IMG/VR virus record: IMGVR_UViG_3300028394_002801
Span: 32,001 to 96,000 of that record
Reading direction: 5' to 3' (one strand)
From: a virus
DNA length: 64,000 bases
Below the pieces are notes generated by a model. That model worked only from the letters and a program-made list of their open reading frames with translations. It had not been told where the DNA came from and searched no databases. The position numbers were made by a program, and so were the translations under genes. Shown here piece after piece: positions 10,473-19,780 of this stretch; the stretch's first letter is position 1, and every line of letters starts with the position of its first letter.

Positions 10473-11291
10473 TTAATATTTATTAACTTTTTCTTTTTCA
10501 CCTTTATTTGTTGAATATATTGTTAATCCTTTTCTATTAACTTTATCTTTCATAACTTCAATATTTTTAGGATCATCATCAGAAAATCCTATTGTGAAAT
10601 TCAATATATTACCTTTTTCTCCATTCATATCATTTTTAAAGTAAAATGCTTTTTTGAGTCTTTCTGACATATCTTCACAATAATCATAAAATTCATTTAA
10701 TGCTTTAACTTTCTCAATTTCAGGATTTGCTGCACTACCAGATCCAAATGATACTGGGTAGAATTTACATAAATCCAAATATTCATCAACAATATCTTCA
10801 TATTGATTTTCTGGTGCAACTAAATCCCTATATTTCTGTAAATTTTTAATTAACTTTTCTTCATCAATACCATTAAACCCATTTGTTATATATTTCTTAA
10901 CACCTTTCTTTAAAGTTTCTGGATTATGTCCCCTTGCTGTAATAATTGAAAAAATTGAACCATTATTAATTGCTTCTTTAAAATCATCAAAAGCTGGACC
11001 TTTCTTTGCTGTAAGCACATCAGATAAAAAAGCCTCATCACCTGTAACTTTAAATTGTCTAAATGGTAAATCAGCATAATTAACTATTGTTGTACCTCTA
11101 TATTTAAAATTAGTCTTTCCAATTTCCCCTCTATATTTGGCAAAATCATGGGTTGACATTCCAACTTCATCACCAACATCATCAATTAATATAATTTCAG
11201 TTGGCATATATACAATATTATCATCCCAATCAAATGCATAATATTTCATATCAGGTGTTCCTTCATTATTAAAACCTTCAAATAAATTCAT
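10473..11291 (-). CDS. HAD-fold phage protein
   Basis: AFDWDDNI (DxD), ITARG, GFSDDD motifs. Confidence 0.55.
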   Translation of the reverse strand: MNLFEGFNNEGTPDMKYYAFDWDDNIVYMPTEIILIDDVGDEVGMSTHDFAKYRGEIGKTNFKYRGTTIVNYADLPFRQFKVTGDEAFLSDVLTAKKGPAFDDFKEAINNGSIFSIITARGHNPETLKKGVKKYITNGFNGIDEEKLIKNLQKYRDLVAPENQYEDIVDEYLDLCKFYPVSFGSGSAANPEIEKVKALNEFYDYCEDMSERLKKAFYFKNDMNGEKGNILNFTIGFSDDDPKNIEVMKDKVNRKGLTIYSTNKGEKEKVNKY

Positions 11292-11320
11292 AATAAATTT
11301 TTTATATAAATATCATTAAA

Positions 11321-12190
11321 TTAAAATTCTTCAATAATGATTGGAAGGTTTTCTGTTTTGAATTTCCAAAATTCTGCCATAAATTGTGCTCTAAACTTAT
11401 ACTTGGGGTCTGTATGATAACCAGATTCATAAACACACTTGCATATGCTTTCATATAATTGTTTCTTTGGTAATTCATAATTTGCTTTTTTGCATTCATA
11501 ATATCTTCCTGAATTTAATACTTTTGCCCAAGCCTCAATTCCTTCTTGAGTATTTTTTGCACTCATAAATTTTGCTTTCATAGTTACATTTTTTCCCCTT
11601 ATCACTTCATAGGTTCTATATGTCACAGAACCATATCCCTTAAATGCCTTCATTCCCCCCGCATTTGCGTGCAGTCGCCATAAGTTGGTCTCAATGCCAT
11701 TAGTAGTTGCCTCAATGATAAAGAATGAATAGAGCATAGATATGGGGAATTCTGTCAATAGATGTAAATTCATTAACATACTCTCGTAATGGAATGCCAT
11801 CCACATTCTCCTCATCTGAACCAAAGTTGCATTTTCCAAATTTCTAAATCCATTAGTTTTTAGATGTTTTCTTAATGCAGTCTTATCCATATTTCGAATA
11901 TCATAAACATATGACCTTTTTCCATAAGCATCCTCATCAATTATTGTAACACCTTCAAGAGCATCATTTTCTGGTATGATTGATTCTGTTGTATCAACTT
12001 TCACTTTAATGGTTTCAATCACCTTTTCAATAAAAACTGTTTCTTGTTGAATTATTGGAAGATAAGATTGTTTTTCATATTTAATTTTGTTTGGGGTATA
12101 TATTATCCCCAATAAAAATGAACCCCATAATCCAAGTGCAATATAGATTGCAACACTAGGGTTGTTCTTTGGTAAAGTATTTTTTTTCAT
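11321..12190 (-). CDS. GH73/FlgJ-like peptidoglycan hydrolase with N-terminal transmembrane segment (endolysin candidate)
   Basis: FIIEA (catalytic E), NAGGMK, TYEV..G....AKF, GYHTDPKY. ATG at 12190 preferred over the track's TTG at 12271. Confidence 0.75.
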   Translation of the reverse strand: MKKNTLPKNNPSVAIYIALGLWGSFLLGIIYTPNKIKYEKQSYLPIIQQETVFIEKVIETIKVKVDTTESIIPENDALEGVTIIDEDAYGKRSYVYDIRNMDKTALRKHLKTNGFRNLENATLVQMRRMWMAFHYESMLMNLHLLTEFPISMLYSFFIIEATTNGIETNLWRLHANAGGMKAFKGYGSVTYRTYEVIRGKNVTMKAKFMSAKNTQEGIEAWAKVLNSGRYYECKKANYELPKKQLYESICKCVYESGYHTDPKYKFRAQFMAEFWKFKTENLPIIIEEF

Positions 12191-12279
12191 TAATTTATAT
12201 ATTATATAAAAAAATAATACTTGATATAGTGAAAGTAAAGTAATTGCCCCTAACATATATAAAAACCCCAAATATTAAA

Positions 12280-12311
12280 AAACCCCCACTTCTATTTTGA
12301 GGTGGGGGTTT
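12280..12311 (-). terminator. Intrinsic terminator (probably the ancestral sheath terminator)
   Basis: AAACCCCCAC..GTGGGGGTTT hairpin with T-tract on minus strand. Confidence 0.65.
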
Positions 12312-12367
12312 GTTGTAAAATTCCATCATTATAAACCATTATGGTATTTAATGTTGGTTATATCCAT

Positions 12368-12396
12368 CATTATACATCTTCAAATGAAGCACCAGT
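12368..12396 (-). repeat. 29-bp direct repeat, copy 2 (duplicate of the sheath gene 3' end)
   Basis: CATTATACATCTTCAAATGAAGCACCAGT, identical to 14188-14216. Confidence 0.95.
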
Positions 12397-14090
12397 TAGT
12401 CATTTTGATGTAGTTTTAATTCAAATTTTAATGAACCACAATCCCATATTTTATCATAACCATTTTCAAACATTATTTCAAATTCAGTTTTGTTTATATC
12501 AAAACCTTCTTTAACCAATACATTCTTTCTAAATTGGTATCTATGTAATCTACTTTGATAATTTTTTTTATACACATACCAATAGTTGGGGGGTGTCTTT
12601 GAAACAAAATCAAAATTATTTTTCTTATAAATATTATTATCAATATCAATACCTGACCATCTTATATCAGCATAAGATATAATTCTGCTTGGATTATATT
12701 TTTTAATAAAAAACTTCAAACATTTTCCAAAACCCCCAATAACAGATGTATTAATTATGGAACAAGATCTATATAATTCATAAGAATTTTTATCCTTATC
12801 CATTCTTGGTTTTCCAAATGTTGAGACAAAAACCAATTTATTATCATAATATAATCCAATTTTTATTTTTGATGATATGCTACCTTGGATATGATTTTCA
12901 TTTAAAAAATTTGAAACATCTTCATTTGATATGTCCCTAACTTCTGTTTTTCTTCCTGGTATCACAATTGGGGATTTACCAATTGATGCCATAATTTTTG
13001 ATTCAACAATTTCTGGCTTATGAATAATTTCATCTTCAAAAATATGAATTAATTTTATGCTTTTATTTTTGCATAAATTTGTTTTATTTATATGATAACC
13101 TTTTAATTTTCCCCCACCATATTCTGAATGATAATAATTACCATTTAATTCAAATGCTATGTTATGTTGGGGTAAAAAATAATCTAATTCAAATGGTTTA
13201 ATTATTGTTCTATTATTTTTAATAAATTCAATATTATATTTATTCATTATTTTCTCAAAAAAAACATTTAAACTATTGTTATTAACAATTGGATTACAAA
13301 CTGGACATTTTATTGTATAATTTCTAAAATATTGAGTATGTTCAAATATGCTATTACATTTTACACATTTTAATTGTGCAACACCTTTTGATTCAATTTC
13401 ATCATTTATTAAAATTAAATCCAAATTAGCCATTCTACTCCTAACATTTTCTAATCTTATTTTTCCTTGTTTTTCCTTATAGTGATTAGATTGTTGGTAT
13501 GTTTTTGTTCCATATTTTTCTAAAATATGAGCCTTCATATTATCTTTTGTTTTTTGTAATTTAAGTGAACTATCAACCCCATATCTTTCCAGCATTGTAT
13601 TTTTAACTTTATCTTTAAATTCATCTAACCTTAAATGAAATCCTCCATATTTTTCATTCAAAGTATTATTAAATTTACCTCTGTTATTATAATTTCCATC
13701 CCCATACCTTTCAAGTTTTGTTTGGTTTCTCTTTGCTATAATTTCATCTTTATTTAATTCAATACTTACTTTTTGGGATGAAATTGTTTTATTCTTCATA
13801 TTTTCATTTTTCATATAATGGTCAACCCCATATCTTTCAATTGAAGTTTGTTTTATTTTATCTTTAACAGATTCAAGTTGAAAACTATGTTCAACACCAT
13901 ACTTTTCTACCATTGCTTTTTTACCCAAATTAAGTCTATTCTGTTTATTAACATCTATTAACCCCCATTCTTTTCTACATTCATCTGAACATAATTTATT
14001 AGGTAGTATTTTTCTAACTTCAAATTCATTATTGCAATGAACACAATTTCTTTTCTCCCAATACTTTTGATTTTTTTCTTTTTTTTCCAT
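12396..14090 (-). CDS. Putative homing endonuclease (Zn finger, E[RK]YG repeats, Vsr-like PD-(D/E)xK, C-terminal GNAT-like domain)
   Basis: CxxC motifs; repeated EKYGV/ERYGV; ELDYFLP..NIAFELNGNYYH...LIHIFEDE; ISYADIRWS...IWDCG. Confidence 0.7.
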   Translation of the reverse strand: MEKKEKNQKYWEKRNCVHCNNEFEVRKILPNKLCSDECRKEWGLIDVNKQNRLNLGKKAMVEKYGVEHSFQLESVKDKIKQTSIERYGVDHYMKNENMKNKTISSQKVSIELNKDEIIAKRNQTKLERYGDGNYNNRGKFNNTLNEKYGGFHLRLDEFKDKVKNTMLERYGVDSSLKLQKTKDNMKAHILEKYGTKTYQQSNHYKEKQGKIRLENVRSRMANLDLILINDEIESKGVAQLKCVKCNSIFEHTQYFRNYTIKCPVCNPIVNNNSLNVFFEKIMNKYNIEFIKNNRTIIKPFELDYFLPQHNIAFELNGNYYHSEYGGGKLKGYHINKTNLCKNKSIKLIHIFEDEIIHKPEIVESKIMASIGKSPIVIPGRKTEVRDISNEDVSNFLNENHIQGSISSKIKIGLYYDNKLVFVSTFGKPRMDKDKNSYELYRSCSIINTSVIGGFGKCLKFFIKKYNPSRIISYADIRWSGIDIDNNIYKKNNFDFVSKTPPNYWYVYKKNYQSRLHRYQFRKNVLVKEGFDINKTEFEIMFENGYDKIWDCGSLKFELKLHQND

Positions 14091-14136
14091 CTACTAGTTG
14101 TTTAGAATATAAATATACAAAAATAAACCAAAAAAC

Positions 14137-14172
14137 AAAACCCCCAAGTCTAATTAAAGAAATGGGGGTTTT
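14137..14172 (-). terminator. Intrinsic terminator after sheath (element-borne)
   Basis: AAAACCCCCA...TGGGGGTTTT. Confidence 0.65.
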
Positions 14173-14187
14173 GTATTAAAAATTAAC

Positions 14188-14216
14188 CATTATACATCTT
14201 CAAATGAAGCACCAGT
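14188..14216 (-). repeat. 29-bp direct repeat, copy 1 (encodes sheath C-terminus TGASFEDV*)
   Basis: Identical to 12368-12396. Confidence 0.95.
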
Positions 14217-17200
14217 AGGGGTTATAACAAATTCAAGGCTAATAAACTCAAGAGACCTTGTAGGTTTAATATATATTTTTCCACTCATTGTATTTCTATC
14301 AATATCCTCTGGGTCATTTGAAACCGTAACACGGAAATCAGTTAAACCACGATCCCTTCTAATTCCATCAAGAATTGGATTTATGGTATCTAAAAACTGT
14401 TGGCGGACTATCTGGTCATTTTGTTCAAAAAGTAGCCTCACAGCGACCGCGGAGATTAATTTACGTGCTTGCAATAACAACCTACGAACGTTAATTCTAT
14501 TTAATGCTGATTCTCTAACTTGCAAAGTTTTATTTCCCCAAATTACAGTATTCACATCAGAGAATGTTGCAATTGGATTTATTCTTCCTTGATATAAAGT
14601 ATCTCTATCATCTTGTGTTAATTTTAATCTTGCTTTAACTGAATTAACCAATCCTCTATTATAACCTGCTGATGCAAACCAAGGGAATGCTACGTTATCA
14701 GTTAATGCCAAATTTCTACAAACTTCTGCTGTTGGTGGAATATATACTTGGGTATTATTCACTTGGTCTCTAACCAAAATCCAAGGATAATATGTTGCAG
14801 TATAATTTGAATCAATATTTGTTTCCTCCAAAGAAACAATTGATTCTTGGGGATAAATAACATTATTCACATCAGTTGTTAATAAATTTGCATCAGGTGT
14901 TGTAACAATATAAATTGAATCTGCTCTATCGCTTTCAATCATATCAATTGCATTTTCAACCAAGTTGCTATTATTAATATAATCAATACCTGGTGTAACA
15001 AAAATATTTATATTTGTTGATTCTGGATTTTGATATGTTAAAATTCCCTTTAAATATGCATAATAATCTGTTGTTGCAAATTCAATTGAACCATCACCAT
15101 CTGTAATTTGTTTAAATGTTCCTTGTCCTGTTGCCGCTACATATTTGCCAGATACAGATAATGCACCTCTCATATAATCAATACCTCCAATTTGGTATGA
15201 ATCACCATTTGTTCTTCTTTCAGAATAAACATCCCATCCATCAAAACCACCCTCAAATAATAAGGTGAATTTTCTTGAATATAAGTAATAATATGGATTT
15301 GAATTTGTTTCTGGTTCTGAATTAAAACTTCCACTACCAACCTCAAATGCTGTTTGACCACTTGTTGTATAACTATTTGCTATTGTAACAATTGTTGCAC
15401 CTGAATCCATATGGAAACCTTTTGTCACCACATTCCATTCTGAACCATCAGAAATAATGCTTGCTGGATTTTGTTTACCCTTATAGTTTAATAAAGAATT
15501 ATCATATCCATAATTTGTTGAAAATCCAAGATATGTTCTTTTTACATTATCAGCGGCTACAGCATTTGATGCTGCAAATGGTTCATTATTAACAACCTCA
15601 TTATTATAATAATATTTTGTCTTATATAATAAATTTGGTGTTAATGCACTACCATACTTTCTATGGGGATAACCCATAAATCCACAAGGAATTGCATCAA
15701 ATGGAAATTCATCACCCATTTCAAGCATAATGTATTTTGAAACCAAATTATATTTGCCATCACTTGTTCCAATCTTCTTTCCAACAAAACTATTTTGTGT
15801 TTCATCTAATGTGCAATTTGTATATTTTTCCAACACAACTGGCGCTGAATCTGAATCATAATAACTTCTAACCAATACATCAAATGTTCTATTCTTAAAT
15901 GACATATTAACAATTGAAGCCTTAACTTCAGTATTTGCTGAATTTCCATCAGATATTGAAATGAATTTGAATAAGTTATAAACTTTATTTCCTCTCAATT
16001 CAGAAACAACAAATGGTGTTTTTGGTGATTGATATTTTTCAAGATACCATCCAATTGATGTACCACTACCACTTCTTGCTGATGGCAAATAAGTTAAAGT
16101 TTGTTTTAATCCTCTAATATAACCAAGTCTATATGCTTGATTTAATAATGTTGGATAATGTTCTTCAACAAATATTGGGACATCATTCCTATCTTTCCCA
16201 AAATTATCAACACCCAATACATTTGCAATATAATTTGAATTGGTATTTTTTAATGATACATTAAATGTGTAATTAGTGTTTGATGTTGTTTTTCCACTTA
16301 AAACAAAATTACCAAATGGTGTCTCACTTATAGTTGTACTATTAGCTGTATCAATAGTTAATGCACTTAAACTATAAAGTTGACCATGATCGGTTGATGA
16401 ATAATTTGTGATACCTCTTGACCTAATTGTTGCAACAACCATATCATTATAATCTGTATATGCTGTTCCAGTAAATGTATAAGTGTTACCAGTTACTGTT
16501 CCAGTGAATGCGCCACTTGATACATTAAAACTAGATGTGTTGTAATAAAATGAATAACCTGTATAATCATTCCCAGAATTAGCAAATGTTGCATAATACC
16601 AAAAATCATTTTCATTTGCTGGCTTACCATTACTACCCAAAGATACAGTTGTTCCAAAATAATTATATTCAGTTAATCCTGACTTTGTTGATCCTGTGAT
16701 TGAATTATACACAGATACTGGTAATGAACCATAAGTTGATGTTTGACCAGTTAATGAAGTTGATAAAGCCACATCATTTGCAAATGTCTTTAAATCATCA
16801 TAGAATGTTGATGTTGAACCATTGCTTGCTGTATAAGTATCACCAGAAAATAATGCTGCACTTATACCATTTGGATATGTAGCACTTGTTATTACAAATG
16901 TTCCAGTTGTTCCAGTTGTTCCAGTAAATACTATTGAGATAGATGGACCAACACCAGTTCCACCGGTTAAACCAACAGTTGAATGATTAACATTTGCAAT
17001 TGTTGTTATTGACCAAGATGGACCAGCATCATAACCAGATAGTCCCAATACCCTTGTAACATACATTTGATTTGATTGTTGCAAATATGACTTGGCAATA
17101 TATGCAGATTCATATTTTGGTATCTGTGTGTTTATATATTTTTCAGGTGATGTTCCACCAAAATAAGTTTGAAATTCATCATAACTTGTAATGAATATAG

Positions 17201-17333
17201 GCTCAAATGCGGGGCCTTTGATCGTCTCACCGACCATTCCCAGTGTGGTTACACCAATACTCTGTGAAACAAAACTTAAATCTGTTTCAGAGGTATATAC
17301 ACCAGGAGATACGAATACTTTTTCATTTGCCAT
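14190..17333 (-). CDS. Tail sheath protein (T4 gp18-like) with S/T/G-rich insertion
   Basis: VSPGVYTSETD, PWFASAGYNRG, RDTLYQGRINPI, WGNKTL, LNRINVRRL, IKPTRSLEFI. Confidence 0.95.
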   Translation of the reverse strand: MANEKVFVSPGVYTSETDLSFVSQSIGVTTLGMVGETIKGPAFEPIFITSYDEFQTYFGGTSPEKYINTQIPKYESAYIAKSYLQQSNQMYVTRVLGLSGYDAGPSWSITTIANVNHSTVGLTGGTGVGPSISIVFTGTTGTTGTFVITSATYPNGISAALFSGDTYTASNGSTSTFYDDLKTFANDVALSTSLTGQTSTYGSLPVSVYNSITGSTKSGLTEYNYFGTTVSLGSNGKPANENDFWYYATFANSGNDYTGYSFYYNTSSFNVSSGAFTGTVTGNTYTFTGTAYTDYNDMVVATIRSRGITNYSSTDHGQLYSLSALTIDTANSTTISETPFGNFVLSGKTTSNTNYTFNVSLKNTNSNYIANVLGVDNFGKDRNDVPIFVEEHYPTLLNQAYRLGYIRGLKQTLTYLPSARSGSGTSIGWYLEKYQSPKTPFVVSELRGNKVYNLFKFISISDGNSANTEVKASIVNMSFKNRTFDVLVRSYYDSDSAPVVLEKYTNCTLDETQNSFVGKKIGTSDGKYNLVSKYIMLEMGDEFPFDAIPCGFMGYPHRKYGSALTPNLLYKTKYYYNNEVVNNEPFAASNAVAADNVKRTYLGFSTNYGYDNSLLNYKGKQNPASIISDGSEWNVVTKGFHMDSGATIVTIANSYTTSGQTAFEVGSGSFNSEPETNSNPYYYLYSRKFTLLFEGGFDGWDVYSERRTNGDSYQIGGIDYMRGALSVSGKYVAATGQGTFKQITDGDGSIEFATTDYYAYLKGILTYQNPESTNINIFVTPGIDYINNSNLVENAIDMIESDRADSIYIVTTPDANLLTTDVNNVIYPQESIVSLEETNIDSNYTATYYPWILVRDQVNNTQVYIPPTAEVCRNLALTDNVAFPWFASAGYNRGLVNSVKARLKLTQDDRDTLYQGRINPIATFSDVNTVIWGNKTLQVRESALNRINVRRLLLQARKLISAVAVRLLFEQNDQIVRQQFLDTINPILDGIRRDRGLTDFRVTVSNDPEDIDRNTMSGKIYIKPTRSLEFISLEFVITPTGASFEDV

Positions 17334-17393
17334 TATTATTTTTTATTTATTCATATAAATATCTAAAAAATAATCAAAAACCATTATTGAGTT

Positions 17394-18224
17394 TTAATCT
17401 TTAATACAACGTACTGAAAGTCCATATCTTTCATCAAATGTATCAGGATAAGTTATTGTACTAGGATTTGATGCAAATGCATCAATTTGAATTGCTGTAC
17501 GATCAGATGTTGTCCAAAAATAATTTTGAAATTTGAGTCCAGAGGAATCCCCAGTTTTGGATCTATTATCAGAACCTAAAGAATTAAACCCACTTGTATT
17601 AGTCCCCAATGGGGCTGCAACATACCAATAAGTTGTTCCTGGATGTCTTGCAGCAAGAGTAGTGCCAATATTTGCTATAAAAGTGTTTGCTTCACTTAAT
17701 GTTGGAATATGCCAACCTGCTGGGCATAAAGTACTTCCTGAGGTGCTTCCAGTTACAGCATATTGGTTATATAATAAACCCTCAATTGCTTTACTATTAG
17801 AATCATCATGAACATATGCCCAATATTTACTTGACGTATTATTTGCATTTGACCAAGCGGTATTATCAACTTGTGTTGTATTGTCTAATAGTGTACCATC
17901 TCTAAATTTTGTTGTCCTTAAACTTTCTGACATCCAAACTTGATTACCAATCTTAATTGTTCTATATCTATTACCATCACCATCTGGTGGTGTTAATTGT
18001 GAAGCTGTACATATCTTATTTGATAACCCAGGAAATTGACAAGAAAATGTACCATACTCATTACTTATAGTTGCTGATGAATATGTGAAAGGCATTGTCT
18101 GTGTGCCTACATTTATAGTTGTGCCAGATGGATGATTATAAGGTATTGTATACCCTGTTGCCGCATATATTGAAACATTTGCTGTCTGACCGCTATAATT
18201 TATTGAACTTACTTGAATTGCCAT
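17394..18224 (-). CDS. FISUMP (Fibrobacter succinogenes major paralogous) domain protein, probable fibre/receptor-binding protein
   Basis: DGDGNRYRTIKIGNQVWM..LRT, GLLYN, LCPAGWHIPT, GLSVRCIKD. Confidence 0.85.
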   Translation of the reverse strand: MAIQVSSINYSGQTANVSIYAATGYTIPYNHPSGTTINVGTQTMPFTYSSATISNEYGTFSCQFPGLSNKICTASQLTPPDGDGNRYRTIKIGNQVWMSESLRTTKFRDGTLLDNTTQVDNTAWSNANNTSSKYWAYVHDDSNSKAIEGLLYNQYAVTGSTSGSTLCPAGWHIPTLSEANTFIANIGTTLAARHPGTTYWYVAAPLGTNTSGFNSLGSDNRSKTGDSSGLKFQNYFWTTSDRTAIQIDAFASNPSTITYPDTFDERYGLSVRCIKD

Positions 18225-18251
18225 TTTTTATAAAATTTATTTTTAATTATA

Positions 18252-18758
18252 TTAACTTATTTTAAGATATGCCCAAGTTACTACTTGTGATGTATTAGTA
18301 TTATTGGTTATAGTAAATTTAAATACATTTGTATTAGTTGGAAATGGATTGTAGGTAATAATACTGCCTGGTGTTCCTATTATTTGAGCAGGTATGTTCT
18401 CAAATCTTAATTTATTACCTGTACTATTATACCAAGCTCGTTGATCACCTATTACAGGCACATTTGTGTTTGATAAGGTTACAAATCCATTCCATTTAAT
18501 AATACCTTGACCATCTGAAGTAATTCCAATTACTGACATCATATATGATGCAGATGAATTAGTTGTAAAACTATATTCATTACTAGAATTTGAAGGTAAA
18601 GTCCAAGTTCCTGTCTCTGGTGCTAATAATACAGGACCAAGTAATGATTCTCTTGTAATTTTAAATGATTCTGCATTTGAACTATTATTCATAACAAGAT
18701 AAGTACCTGTAGGGCTACCTGTAAATGTTGGTAATTCACTTATTTTTCTATTTGCCAT
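18252..18758 (-). CDS. Short virion fibre/decoration paralog 3
   Basis: MANRKISELPT N-terminus shared with the two neighbours; beta-rich. Confidence 0.55.
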   Translation of the reverse strand: MANRKISELPTFTGSPTGTYLVMNNSSNAESFKITRESLLGPVLLAPETGTWTLPSNSSNEYSFTTNSSASYMMSVIGITSDGQGIIKWNGFVTLSNTNVPVIGDQRAWYNSTGNKLRFENIPAQIIGTPGSIITYNPFPTNTNVFKFTITNNTNTSQVVTWAYLKIS

Positions 18759-18759
18759 A

Positions 18760-19263
18760 TTAATTTGTTTTAAAATACGTGTAATTCACAACTTGTGGTG
18801 AACCGCTACTATTGCCAAACTGAAATTGAAATACACGTGAATCAGAAACAGCTGGGGAAGTATCAATTCTAGTGCCTGCAATTCCAACTATCTGACTAGG
18901 AATTGAAACAATATTTATAGGAGTTCCTCCTCCATTATAAACCCATGCATATTGCATACCTAATGCGGCTACATTTGTGTTTGATAGTGTTACTCGAGCA
19001 AACCAAACAATAATACCATTTGGAATACTTCCTACTACTGACATAACATATGATGATTGAGCTGAAGGAACTGTAAAACTATAAGTATTTACACCCGCAC
19101 TTAAAGTCCAACTTCCTAAGGTTGCTGGTGATAATAACCCACTAAGGAATGTTTCTTTTGTAACTTTAAATGATTCAGTTAAGCTACTATTATCCATAAC
19201 AATATAAGCACCTGTAGTACTACCTGTATATGTTGGTAATTCACTTATTTTTATATTTGCCAT
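18760..19263 (-). CDS. Short virion fibre/decoration paralog 2
   Basis: MANIKISELPT; paralogous over its whole length. Confidence 0.55.
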   Translation of the reverse strand: MANIKISELPTYTGSTTGAYIVMDNSSLTESFKVTKETFLSGLLSPATLGSWTLSAGVNTYSFTVPSAQSSYVMSVVGSIPNGIIVWFARVTLSNTNVAALGMQYAWVYNGGGTPINIVSIPSQIVGIAGTRIDTSPAVSDSRVFQFQFGNSSGSPQVVNYTYFKTN

Positions 19264-19264
19264 A

Positions 19265-19768
19265 TTAACTTATTTTAAGCCATGCATAATTCACAACTTG
19301 TGATGAACCACTATTATTGGTTATACCAAAATCAAATCTATTTGTAGTAACAGAAGGTGAGACTGAGCTGGCTAAAATAGTACCTTCTGTCCCAATAAAC
19401 TGATTAGGAAGTGAAGTAAAAAATATAGGACTTCCTCCATTAGTATAATACCATGCATATTGCGTACCTACTACGGGTACATTTGGGTTTGATATTACTG
19501 CTTCAGCAATATAACTCAAAATACCATTTGGAATATTTGCAAATACTGAAATAAAATATGATTCATTTGCATCAAGTGTGAGACTAACAGTATTTGCACC
19601 TGTATTTACAGTCCAACTTCCTCTTGTTGGTTCGGGTAGTAATGTACCAGTAAATATTTCTTTTGTAACTTTAAATGTTTCAGTTAACGCACTATTATCC
19701 ATAACAAGAAAAGCGCCTGTAGTATCACCTGTAAATGTTGATAATTGACTTACTTTTTTATTTGCCAT
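19265..19768 (-). CDS. Short virion fibre/decoration paralog 1
   Basis: MANKKVSQLST; paralogous over its whole length. Confidence 0.55.
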   Translation of the reverse strand: MANKKVSQLSTFTGDTTGAFLVMDNSALTETFKVTKEIFTGTLLPEPTRGSWTVNTGANTVSLTLDANESYFISVFANIPNGILSYIAEAVISNPNVPVVGTQYAWYYTNGGSPIFFTSLPNQFIGTEGTILASSVSPSVTTNRFDFGITNNSGSSQVVNYAWLKIS

Positions 19769-19780
19769 TTTTATTTTATT

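Larger units (their letters stand above)
12368..14216 (-). mobile_element. Free-standing endonuclease element inserted at the sheath 3' end
   Basis: Bounded by a perfect 29-bp direct repeat; carries its own terminator, promoter motif and nuclease ORF. Confidence 0.75.

Noticed and set aside
12368-14216. Group I intron or IS interpretation of the nuclease insert
   Set aside because: The sheath ORF is intact and the insert has its own terminator; no intron core, transposase or terminal inverted repeats recognised
17394-18224. Possible DGR target (FISUMP/CLec-like C-terminus)
   Set aside because: No reverse transcriptase or adenine-mismatched template repeat seen in this window
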